A stretch of 33,000 nucleotides of DNA, taken from the sequence record PP355768.1; one strand, 5' to 3'. The position numbers and the translations under genes were made by a program. Below are positions 8,333 to 16,654 of this stretch, one piece after another. Position 1 is the first letter of the stretch, and every line of letters begins with the position of its first letter. The notes beneath the pieces were generated by a model that was not told the origin of the DNA, did not search any database, and worked only from the letters and a program-made list of their open reading frames with translations.

Positions 8333-8485
8333 ATGAAATATTACGGCTTCAAAACATCCCATTTCGGGAAAGCATATCGTACAGAAAACATTGATAGACG
8401 TCGAGCATATTACGAATCACTGCATAAAGCAGGACGTTCTCGTGCACGACAAGAAGGCCAAAAACAAGCGAAGGAAATAGAATGA
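8333..8485 (+). CDS. Small basic hypothetical protein of the tRNA region (50 aa)
   Basis: [50 protein letters not shown]. Confidence 0.7.
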   Translation: MKYYGFKTSHFGKAYRTENIDRRRAYYESLHKAGRSRARQEGQKQAKEIE

Positions 8486-8650
8486 ATATTTTTATTGGTG
8501 TATCAAATGACGTAAATGCTATTACGGTGAAATTACAATGGAATCGTCCAACTAATTTTGCTTTAGGATTATGTAAATCTGAACGTGATTTAATGCTTCA
8601 TGCTGATTTTGCATATACTTTTGATGAACGCAAAGGTATGTGGGTCTGGG
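8482..8650 (+). CDS. tRNA-region conserved hypothetical protein, N-terminal fragment
   Basis: [37 protein letters not shown]...WVW; apparent continuation WIKCRYEAL... at 22555. Confidence 0.7.
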
Positions 8651-8651
8651 T

Positions 8652-8853
8652 GATTGTTATATTCGCGAGGAAGGAAATAAAACTCAATTCCTCTCATTTG
8701 AATAGCCTCAGCTGATAAAACATCTGCTAACGTTTGGCTATTTCTGTGATTATAAAAATTCACATAAGGATTGAGAATTTCTGTCTCATTAGTTTTATTG
8801 TATCCTCGGTAATCCTCAAGGCGAGCGAATAAACTAGAATTAAATGTAGTCAT
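8652..8853 (-). CDS. gp14: Neck protein, N-terminal fragment
   Basis: [13 protein letters not shown]...[13 protein letters not shown]...PREY, as in T4 gp14. Confidence 0.92.
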
Positions 8854-8856
8854 CTT

Positions 8857-9066
8857 TTACCCCAACAGAATAGGACAACCTGGGTCAAGTAAATCAAGTT
8901 CCTCTCGGAGCCTCTCGATTTCTTCTTGGGCCTCTACCTTAAGTGTTTGACCATCAACTGTAACGCCGCCGGCTAATTGTAGCCCTTGGTGTTTAAAAAG
9001 AATTTCACCCCACAGCTTTTTAGTTAATGCTGTAGCATAATCTTTTACCCAACGATTATTATACTG
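8857..9066 (-). CDS. gp13: Neck protein, C-terminal fragment
   Basis: [13 protein letters not shown]...GGVTVDGQ...[10 protein letters not shown]...LLG*, immediately upstream of gp14. Confidence 0.93.
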   Translation of the reverse strand, partial: QYNNRWVKDYATALTKKLWGEILFKHQGLQLAGGVTVDGQTLKVEAQEEIERLREELDLLDPGCPILLG

Positions 9067-9067
9067 A

Positions 9068-9441
9068 AACAAGCGGTACAATCTGAAGTTAATATTGCTG
9101 CTGTGACTATTCCAGATGTCCGAGCAGAAGTTAAGAAGCAAGTTCAGCAGATGTTCCATACTCGCGGTTGGAATGATATGTCTGCTAAAGAAGAAATGTC
9201 ACAGATGATGCGTAACGCTGCCCAATCATGCGCTAAAAATGCTATTGATGATATGGTTCGTCAAACTATTGATGACGCTGTTAAGCAAGCTGAAGGTCGT
9301 ATTAAGATGTCTATTGAAAGAGCTAATCTCCGAATTCAAGAAATCATTGTTAACGCAATGAATAAGAATTTCGCTGATCAAATTAACGCTGCCATTGCTG
9401 CTAAATTGGCAGAACACTTCCCGGTAACTGCTAATGGATAA
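9068..9441 (+). CDS. Ala-rich helical hypothetical protein, allele A (C-terminal part)
   Basis: [23 protein letters not shown]...[19 protein letters not shown]; near-copy at 9628-9995. Confidence 0.75.
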
Positions 9442-9607
9442 AATTGATTTTAGCAAATTAAATATTCCTCGCATGGGAATTCCTGATGATATTGCCAAGC
9501 AATTAGCTAGCGTTCAACCAATGCCAGATAATTGCATCAAAGATATTCTCGATGCTTTAGATGGTAAAACATTAGTTATAACTACTAAGGCTGAAAATGG
9601 CTCGTAA
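9434..9607 (+). CDS. Hypothetical protein, allele A (57 aa)
   Basis: [31 protein letters not shown]...; followed by MARKRYMEEA (nrdC.1-like start), then a junction. Confidence 0.7.
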   Translation: MDKIDFSKLNIPRMGIPDDIAKQLASVQPMPDNCIKDILDALDGKTLVITTKAENGS

Positions 9608-9627
9608 ACGATATATGGAAGAAGCCC

Positions 9628-9995
9628 AAGCAGTACAATCCGAAATTGCTATTGCTGCTATTGATGTTCCTGATGTACGAGCAGAAGTCCGTAAGCAACT
9701 CAATGAATTATTCCATTCGCGTGGTTGGAATGATACATCCGCTAAACCTGAAATGTCTCAGAAGATGCGAAACGCTGCTCAAGCCAGTGCCAAAGAAGCT
9801 ATTGATGAAATGGTTCGTCAGACTATTGAAGATGCAGCTAAAGCAGCAGAAGGTCGTATTAAAATGACTATTGAAAGCGCTAATCGCAGAATTCAAGAAA
9901 TCATCGTCCAAGCAATGAATAAAAACTTTGCTGACCAAATCAATGCCGCCATCGCAGCTAAACTAGAAGAACACTTTCCGGTAAAGGCAAAATGA
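9628..9995 (+). CDS. Ala-rich helical hypothetical protein, allele B (C-terminal part)
   Basis: AVQSEIAIAAIDVPDVRAEVRKQ...[19 protein letters not shown]. Confidence 0.75.
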
Positions 9996-10150
9996 ATAAA
10001 ATCGATTTCAGCAAACTAAAAGTGCCACGGCAAGCAATTCCTGAACATATCTCTAAAGAACTAATTAGCGTTCAACCTATACCAGGCGATATTATTAAAG
10101 ATGCACTGGCAGCACTCCGTGAAGAAGAATCTAAATCTAAGGTGGAATAA
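9992..10150 (+). CDS. Hypothetical protein, allele B (52 aa)
   Basis: MNKIDFSKLKVPRQAIPEHISKELISVQPIP...; again followed by MARKRYMEEA. Confidence 0.7.
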   Translation: MNKIDFSKLKVPRQAIPEHISKELISVQPIPGDIIKDALAALREEESKSKVE

Positions 10151-10184
10151 TGGCACGCAAACGCTATATGGAAGAAGCTTGAAT

Positions 10185-10707
10185 TCAAAACAGCAGGATT
10201 AGTAATAGGAACATATTCTGCGCACAGAAAAACAAAGCCAAACTACACGGAAGGCTTTTCTGATCCTACAGGTCAATATCCTAGACAGGTGGGATCAGAT
10301 ACTAACCCACTAGTTCAAGGCGATGAAACTGGGTATAGTGCTGTACCAAATATAATCCAGGACAGAAACCTGGATATTGGCATTAATCCTGACGATGCTG
10401 ACATAAGTGATATTCCTGAAGACCCAAATCCTGCAATTACAATAACAGATATGCTTAATAGGGATGAAGGTCTTAGATTGAAGGTCTATTGGGACACAGA
10501 AGGATATCCTACTATAGGTATTGGGCATCTTATCATGGCGCAAAAAGTACGTGATATGTCTGTCATCAATAAAACATTATCAAATCAGGTTGGTCGTACC
10601 GTTACAGGAAATCCTGGTATCATTACAATGGACGAAGCAGTTGCACTATTTAAGAAAGACCGTGATAAAATGCTTTCTGACATTAAAACAAATTCACGGG
10701 TAGGACC
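10185..10707 (+). CDS. gp5: Baseplate hub/tail lysozyme, internal fragment
   Basis: GFSDPTGQYPR...MLNRDEGLRLKVYWDTEGYPTIGIGHLI, the T4 gp5 lysozyme domain start. Confidence 0.95.
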
Positions 10708-10783
10708 GCCGGTTTAGCTCAGTAGGTAGAGCAACTCACTTGTAATGAGAAGGTCGGCGGTTCGATTCCGTCAACCGGCACCA
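10708..10783 (+). tRNA. tRNA-Thr(TGT)
   Basis: GCCGGTT/AACCGGC acceptor, CTCA-CTTGTAA-TGAG anticodon arm, CCA end. Confidence 0.95.
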
Positions 10784-10789
10784 AATTCT

Positions 10790-10867
10790 GGTATGTGATA
10801 GCTCAAATAGGTAGAGCGTGAGGCCCTGGCGCTGAATGGTTTGTAGGTTCGATTCCTACCCATACCA
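10790..10867 (+). pseudogene. Degenerate tRNA-like element
   Basis: Intact D arm (TAGCTC...GAGC), T arm (GTAGG-TTCGATT-CCTAC) and CCA; acceptor register is shifted and the anticodon stem pairs poorly. Confidence 0.6.
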
Positions 10868-10885
10868 AAAATTTATGAGGAAAAT

Positions 10886-11059
10886 ATGAAAGTATATGTT
10901 GTAGTAGAAACTAACTGGAATTTAGAATATGGATATGACGAGTTTTCTTTACCTAGGAAAATTTTTCATACTAAGCATGAAGCTGAAGAGTATAAAGACG
11001 AACTAAAAGCAAATAACTCTTATTCCGAATATCTAGTTGAAGAATATGATGTAATGTAA
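10886..11059 (+). CDS. Acidic hypothetical protein (57 aa)
   Basis: RBS GAGG; MKVYVVVETNWNLEYGYDEFSLPRKIF... Confidence 0.7.
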   Translation: MKVYVVVETNWNLEYGYDEFSLPRKIFHTKHEAEEYKDELKANNSYSEYLVEEYDVM

Positions 11060-11063
11060 GTTT

Positions 11064-11174
11064 TAGGAAGAGTTGCAGCTCTCCTATTAAGACGTCGTGT
11101 TAGAAGAGAAGGTTAGCCCTTGCCGGCAAGGTTCTGAGGAGTCCTCCGGTTGTTAATCACCCTGCAAGGTGACA
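11064..11174 (+). ncRNA. Candidate structured RNA in the tRNA region
   Basis: Three hairpins; loops TTGCAG (11073-78) and CTGCAA (11161-66) are complementary. Confidence 0.4.
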
Positions 11175-11179
11175 CCTCC

Positions 11180-11580
11180 ACATATCCATCAGCTGCTTTT
11201 TGCAACAGCGGGCTTGGAGTCAGTTTGATAAAATCTGCGCCCATATATAACCAAACTAACTTAGTAAATTCTATTAGAGAATCTGTGCTATCAATGATAA
11301 CCTTTTTGCCTCTAGAAATTATATCATTTTCGTATTCATATAAGCTAGTTTCATGACATACATTGGTGTATCCTTTCAAGTGGAGAGCATGCAGTATAGA
11401 AACAGGACTTCCTGGAACTGTATCTACGTCAAAGACATGAGCAGTCTTAATAATGCCATAATCTTCAGAAGGACACCAACCAAACGCCTCGAATTTATTA
11501 ATTAAGTCTTTGAAATCTTTGTCGAACGTACTGTATAGAGCAACAGTAAAAATTCTATCTTGGTCTAGACGCAAAGCTCC
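11180..11580 (-). CDS. Hypothetical protein fragment, allele A
   Basis: IFTVALY...FEAFGWCP...LHLKGYTN...LLQKAADGY; homologous to 11595-12035. Confidence 0.7.
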
Positions 11581-11594
11581 TTTTGCATCACTTC

Positions 11595-12035
11595 TTGATT
11601 GAACTGCACGTGCGCAAACTAAAAGAAGGTTTTGATTCTGATAAAGTATTCACTGTAGCAATTTACAATTATTCTTATGACGAGTTTAAAGAACTGGTCA
11701 ATAAATTTGAAGCACGCGGGTGGTGTCCTAATAGTAAATATGGACTTGTCAAAACAGCCCATACTTTTGATGTTTCACACATGCCAGGAAGTCCAATTAA
11801 TATTTTAGGTGCTTTACACCTTAAAGGATATACCAATGCATATCATGAGACCGATCTGTTTGAATATGCAAATGATAAAATCGTTAACGGCAAAAGTATC
11901 GTCATTGACAGTGAAGACGCTTTTATAGTATTTACTCAGTTAGTATGGTCATTTATGCAAGCTGATTTCGCCAGATTTACTCCGAGCGATTTGCTTCAAA
12001 AAGCTGCTGATGCATATAATAATAGTAACAGTCAA
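11595..12035 (+). CDS. Hypothetical protein fragment, allele B
   Basis: VFTVAIY...FEARGWCP...LHLKGYTN...LLQKAADAY. Confidence 0.7.
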
Positions 12036-12460
12036 TATCGTCGGATGTTAATACCCCAGCGCTTTGCTGAAGCTATTCTTAAATTTTCTTTATGCTCTTC
12101 AGTGAATTCCTTTCCTTTAGATTTATTCTTTCTTGAATTCATCTTACATGCTTCTTCGTATCCATATTTATCAACAAGACGTTCCCATGGATTTTTCCAA
12201 GTGCCAAATTTTGTTCCATCGTGGCATATGTTTTCTTTATAAGTAGCCCAATATAAATGAAGCGGATTTGAACAGTCTCCATTATTGCAAGCATGTGCTA
12301 ATACTACTTTACGTCCTGTTACCCATGTTCCAAGAAATTGTGCTAAAACGCCTCTATGATTAGTTGAATTTCCTCCACGTTCTAAACATGGTGAGTTCAA
12401 ATCTATATGAGAAGTTCTTAATTCTTTTGGCTGGGTAATGTATTCTTCTAATTTAATCAT
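12032..12460 (-). CDS. HNH/His-Me-finger putative homing endonuclease with a NUMOD3-like tail
   Basis: VLAHACNNGDCSNPLHLYWATYKEN motif; C-terminal GKEFTEEHKENLR. Confidence 0.75.
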   Translation of the reverse strand: MIKLEEYITQPKELRTSHIDLNSPCLERGGNSTNHRGVLAQFLGTWVTGRKVVLAHACNNGDCSNPLHLYWATYKENICHDGTKFGTWKNPWERLVDKYGYEEACKMNSRKNKSKGKEFTEEHKENLRIASAKRWGINIRRY

Positions 12461-12493
12461 ATCATATCATTACAGAGGATTTCCCCTGAGCCC

Positions 12494-12521
12494 ATTATAC
12501 CACATCGATTTTTAAAGCAAT
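12494..12521 (-). promoter_or_regulatory. T4 middle (MotA-dependent) promoter
   Basis: ATTGCTTTA, 13-nt spacer, TATAAT, upstream of the HNH gene. Confidence 0.75.
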
Positions 12522-12847
12522 TAATATCCGCTTGGAACAAAGCGGTACACTAACTGGTCATGTTTATTTCGCATGATTTCAAATTGATTTTTAGGTCCAA
12601 CTTCTAATACTAATGGAACGTTTACATCCATTAGCATCCAATCAATTTTTCCATACCGTTCTTTAATCAAATCAGAGATTTTGCGAGCGCCATTTTTATA
12701 ATAAGTGCTATCAAATATTCGAGCCATCATGTTATCAACAAATCTCGAAGCAGAGCGCCAATCATTAATACTGCTTGCAGCAGGAGCAAACTTACGCTCT
12801 AGGAACATCTCAAATTTCTCTACTACTCTTTTATCTACTTTAGACAT
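12521..12847 (-). CDS. Hypothetical protein (108 aa)
   Basis: Complete ORF with GAGGA RBS. Confidence 0.75.
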   Translation of the reverse strand: MSKVDKRVVEKFEMFLERKFAPAASSINDWRSASRFVDNMMARIFDSTYYKNGARKISDLIKERYGKIDWMLMDVNVPLVLEVGPKNQFEIMRNKHDQLVYRFVPSGY

Positions 12848-12898
12848 TATAAAGTCCTCATGTGTTTAACAAGTTTCTTATGACGAGATTTTATAATA

Positions 12899-13268
12899 TT
12901 AAGGATAGATAATACCTGCTTCCAGCGCAGTACGATGAACAATGTATCCATTTCTAGATTCTTGTACATCGACTTCTGGATAATCATCTAGCATTTTAGC
13001 CAGAGTATACCGATGCAGGTAATAATCGCTGTCAGGGTCGTCGAGTTTCCAATCTTTGCCCTCAACAGTCATTCGCTGGATTTCATCCATTACCCACCAA
13101 CCGCACCAGATATAAGCTGTTCCGCGGAACGGTAGAGGATGAATATATGGAAGTTCTCCGTCTGGCTCAGGGGCTACTCTTTTGGTAATAGTTACATTAC
13201 CGGTTGTAGTGACTGTAATCGGAGTGTAATCTTCTGCGGAAACATCAACAGAAACACCAATCACTTGG
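12899..13268 (-). CDS. hoc: Highly immunogenic outer capsid protein, C-terminal fragment
   Basis: YIHPL...AYIWCGWWVMDEIQ...YPEVDVQESRNGYI, as in T4 Hoc. Confidence 0.93.
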
Positions 13269-13995
13269 TACTCATGATGAGTTTTAATTTCATTGGTTAA
13301 TGCTTCACGACGAACATCATTAACTTGAATTTGCTGGTTAATTTCTCTGATTTGGGTTTTATTCAGTTTGTCCATATCAGCCAGGAGAGACACCTCAAGC
13401 AAGTCTTCAACGAGCTTACGTCTATTCCCAGTGGACAATCCCATGAATGGAGTATATCCAGCAGTTCCTAGCACAACAATTTGCTTAAATGATGAGTATG
13501 ACATTCCGATGAGGCTTTCAAAGTATGATTGGAAATCCTTTGAGCTTGCAGCCTCATCAAGCTTGTTTCCGTCTCGTAAAATTTCAAAGACGTTTGGTTT
13601 CTGTCCGCGCTTTATGTAGAAACTATGGATACTCGTGATGAGTTTTAATTTCATTAGTCAACGCTTCACGCTGAACATCATTAACCTGGATTTGCTGATT
13701 GATTTCTCTTATCTGTGTCTTGTTCAGTTTGTCCATATCAGCTAAAAGAGACACTTCAAGCAAATCTTCAACGAGTTTTCGTCTGTTGGCAGTTGATAAC
13801 CCCATGAACGGAGTATATCCTGCCGTTCCTAATACGACAATCTGCTTAAACGATGTGTATGACATGCCGATGAGACTTTCAAAGTAGGATTGAAAATCCT
13901 TTGAACTTGCGGCTTCATCAAGCTTATTGCCATCTCGTAAAATCTCAAAGACATTCGGTTTTTGCCCACGTTTAATGTAGAAACTATGACTATGT
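13268..13995 (-). CDS. gp46: gp46 internal fragment, two tandem alleles (about 13268-13632 and 13628-13995)
   Basis: Both read YIKRGQKPNVFEI...SFKQIVVLGTAGYTPFMGLST.NRRKLVEDLLEV; differences are mostly synonymous. Confidence 0.93.
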
Positions 13996-14155
13996 GATTG
14001 ATAACATTGCTCAGCGCAGAAGCGCTGACATCGAGATGATTGATAAAGAACAAGAAAGGATGCTACCGATGGGAACTAAGTTCAAAGTGGTGGGTCATAA
14101 CAAAGTTGAAAAATCTGGTTTACTTATGGACTACTTTAGTGTTACTATAGCTTAG
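13995..14155 (+). CDS. Mod-type ADP-ribosyltransferase, C-terminal fragment
   Basis: MIDKEQERMLPMGTKFKV carries the ExE motif (cf. ModA SDEQEVMIP, ModB REQEWMIP). Confidence 0.6.
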
Positions 14156-14235
14156 TCAACTAGTGATTATCTAGAACTAGGGACCTAGACCCATTATACC
14201 GTCCGTAAGACGAAAGCATTTTTGAGGAAAACATA

Positions 14236-14357
14236 ATGAAATTCACTGCTGAAACCGCTAAAGTTTATACTCGTTTAATTACAACTTTAGGTTCTGCTCA
14301 ACGTCGGCACAAGGAGTTCAATCTCACCCCAGAATATCTGTTTAACATCATGCAGCA
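14236..14357 (+). CDS. srd: Srd anti-sigma factor, N-terminal fragment
   Basis: RBS GAGG; LGSAQRRHKEFNLTPEYLFNIM (T4 Srd SAKRRSKEFNL). Confidence 0.75.
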
Positions 14358-14700
14358 GTAATTAAAAGTGATTTCATGTTGGTATGATAATCAAATGATT
14401 GCTGGCAATTATTGACTTCAATGACTACAAAGGTCGAGTAATGCCATTTGCCTGCAAACTCTCGGGCGATCGTTTCATCTGTTGTGAATGACGCCACCTT
14501 TCCAAAGTCAAATTGCTCTCCTTTAATAAGAGCTTCATAAAAGGCTTTAGCCTCACGGCATGATAGACCTCTATAGAGAGTGTCTCTGTTATCAATTTGA
14601 TGGCGCCTAACGATAGAGTCAAGTTTCTTATGAAATTCTTCGCCAATCTTATTGTTCATGCACTGCCACAGAATTGACTGTTCTTTGCAGTCAAAACGAT
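14352..14700 (-). CDS. ModA/ModB-family ADP-ribosyltransferase, internal fragment
   Basis: EQSILWQCM...LYRGLS...VASFTTD (T4 ModB EQSVLWQCM...LYRGIS...VDSFTTS). Confidence 0.85.
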
Positions 14701-14702
14701 TC

Positions 14703-14986
14703 TGAACTGCACCTTCTGAACAATCTGCGTCTAAACATGCTCCCATTGGAACTGTTCCTGCAGAGTTAGCATCACCAAATTTTACCTTTTGATAATAGCT
14801 TGTTGCATGAATTTTTTGACTTCCTTCTCCAGATCCTGCAGCAAATAGCCGCTGGTCTCCAAATGCGTTATAAATGGCGTCATAGTTTTGATTTATTTTA
14901 ACACCGCCAGCGTATAAAATGTCGCCCGTAGAAGCGTTACCTACTTCACCGACGTCAATAACCTGTTTACCTTCATCTACATACAT
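14703..14986 (-). CDS. gp9: Baseplate tail-fibre connector, N-terminal fragment, allele A
   Basis: IDVGEVGNASTGDILYAGGVKIN...IYNAFGDQR...IHATSYYQK. Confidence 0.92.
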
Positions 14987-15015
14987 AGTAGTAACCTCTT
15001 ATCAAAGTATAGTCC

Positions 15016-15023
15016 TATTTATA
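15016..15023 (-). promoter_or_regulatory. T4 late promoter TATAAATA (gp9 allele A)
   Basis: Exact motif upstream of GAGG RBS and ATG 14986. Confidence 0.85.
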
Positions 15024-15024
15024 T

Positions 15025-15057
15025 AAAAATGGGGAGCCTTTTTGGCTCCCCATTTTT
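15025..15057. terminator. gp8/gp9 intergenic terminator hairpin, centre of a fold-back join
   Basis: AAAAATGGGGAGCC-TTTTT-GGCTCCCCATTTTT. Confidence 0.8.
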
Positions 15058-15058
15058 A

Positions 15059-15066
15059 TATAAATA
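15059..15066 (+). promoter_or_regulatory. T4 late promoter TATAAATA (gp9 allele B)
   Basis: Exact motif upstream of GAGG RBS and ATG 15095. Confidence 0.85.
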
Positions 15067-15094
15067 AGACTATACTTTGATATGAGGTTAACCT

Positions 15095-15379
15095 ATGTAT
15101 ACAGATAAGGGTAAAAAAATAATTGACGTCGGTGAGATTGGTAATGCTTCTACCGGCGACATTCTGTATGATGGCGGTGTGAAAATTAATGATAACTTCG
15201 ACGCCATTTATAACGCCTTCGCTGATCAACGATTATTTGCAGCTGGTGGTGGAGCTTTAAACCAAAAAATCCACGCAACAAGTTATTACCAAAAGATAAA
15301 ATTTGGTGATGCTAACTCGGCCGGTACAGTTCCGATGGGTTCATGCATAGATGCTGATTGCTCAGAAGGGGCAGTTCAA
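15095..15379 (+). CDS. gp9: Baseplate tail-fibre connector, N-terminal fragment, allele B
   Basis: IDVGEIGNASTGDILYDGGVKIN...IHATSYYQK. Confidence 0.92.
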
Positions 15380-15410
15380 GTCGCCCTTGAACAGCGTCTT
15401 GGAGTTAATC

Positions 15411-16040
15411 ATGTCTAATACTTGCATTTCTAAATCAATTAAGGTTAAACTCCTAGACCAGTCTGAGTTGCATCGCCAGATTAAAAGCATCTTTAAAGAC
15501 CATGGAATTAAAGTTGGAGATATCATTGAATTTTCAGATGGTTATTATGAAGATGAAATTGACGGAATGGCATGGAAAAGCGTCAAACTTGTAGATGCGA
15601 ATAGCAACGAAGTCTATAGTTATCATACAGATAATATCACTGGAATTTTTGCGTTCTGCACCTCATACTGTATTAAAGAATCATCTAAAAATATGTATGG
15701 TAGTTACTCGGTATGCGTCGCCCTTGAACAGCGTCTTGGAGTTCGCCATGCCTAAATCGTGCATTACTAAAACTATTACAGTAAAAATTCTCGATTTCGC
15801 TGATATTCATCGTGTTACAAGAGAAATTTTACGCAGTCATTGGTATGAAGTTGGCGATATAGTAGAATTTAGTGGAGGCTATTACGACGATGACATCAAT
15901 GGAATGGCTTGGACTAAAATGAGTCTTCTTCATGAAGAAACTAATTCATACATTGAGTTCACTGTAGACGATTATGAAGGCATATATGCTTTCTGTACTT
16001 CATTCTGCATCAAAGAATCTAATCATAATGTATATACTAT
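15411..16040 (+). CDS. Hypothetical protein, two divergent tandem alleles (starts 15411 and 15748, both truncated)
   Basis: Shared motifs VGDIxEFSxGYYxDxIxGMAW and AFCTSxCIKES; each preceded by the same upstream gene end VALEQRLGV. Confidence 0.75.
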
Positions 16041-16064
16041 CATCAACATATTTTTTATTTGTTA

Positions 16065-16357
16065 AGTGAGCATTATCTGTGGGGGCTTGACCCGCTATAA
16101 CAAATTTACCTGAAGCAACGGAAATGTTACCTTTAGTTTTAATATCGCCATTGCGTAGATTAAAGACGATAGTTACACCTTCAGTACCATATGAAGACCC
16201 AAATCCTAACCCATACCATGTTTGTATTTTTGCGTTAACTGTGGTATAATCAGCCCCATCTCCTGGACCTGGTATAAACTCAGCTGACCCGCCGCGAGCA
16301 TTAAGGCTTAAGCCTTCTACAAAATGAACATTTTTAGCATACTCGCCACCACGAGCT
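16065..16357 (-). CDS. gp36: Long tail fibre hinge connector, internal fragment
   Basis: GDGADYTTVNAKIQTWYGLGFGSSYG...FNLRNGDIKTKG (T4 gp36 GDGATF...SWYGVGF...NTRNGDINTKG). Confidence 0.85.
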
Positions 16358-16581
16358 TATTCAGCGCCAGCGGCTTTTAAAAGCTTTTTAAGATTAGCAG
16401 AACCTCGGGCTGAAAAAGTTACCTTACCATCTTTTTCACCGATGCTGCCAGTCAATTTAGAAAGTTTATCACTAGGAACTTTTTTAAAATCGGCTAATGT
16501 CCCGTCAACGGTTTTTGTAACAATCGGCAGTTCATCATCCTGTCTTTTAGCTTCTGTAATAAATTCTTGGTACGTTTTCAT
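16357..16581 (-). CDS. Internal head protein, IPI-like (74 aa)
   Basis: Canonical capsid targeting sequence MKTYQEFITE; small and basic; early promoter upstream. Confidence 0.85.
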   Translation of the reverse strand: MKTYQEFITEAKRQDDELPIVTKTVDGTLADFKKVPSDKLSKLTGSIGEKDGKVTFSARGSANLKKLLKAAGAE

Positions 16582-16618
16582 GTTGCTTCCGTTTTGTTAG
16601 TTTGTTTTTGATGGAGCT

Positions 16619-16648
16619 ATAGTATCACCACTAGGACCGGTTGTAAAC
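16619..16648 (-). promoter_or_regulatory. T4 early promoter
   Basis: GTTTAC, 18-nt spacer, TACTAT. Confidence 0.8.
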
Positions 16649-16654
16649 AACTGC

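Noticed and set aside
11134-11150. CTGAGGA matching the hammerhead CUGANGA core
   Set aside because: No stem II followed by GAAA downstream.
12899-13654. Apparent gp46 ATPase-Hoc fusion
   Set aside because: Junction at about 13268 joins unrelated loci; the gp46 piece is internal and duplicated next door.
14195-14220. GTCCGTAAGACGAAA resembling hammerhead stem II
   Set aside because: No upstream CTGANGA. The reverse strand reads better as a weak MotA-box/TATAAT promoter, itself uncertain.
14348-14986. Apparent baseplate gp9-ADP-ribosyltransferase fusion (a tempting virion-delivered toxin)
   Set aside because: gp9 breaks at the same residue (GAVQ) in both alleles, marking a fragment boundary, and the Mod piece lacks both ends.
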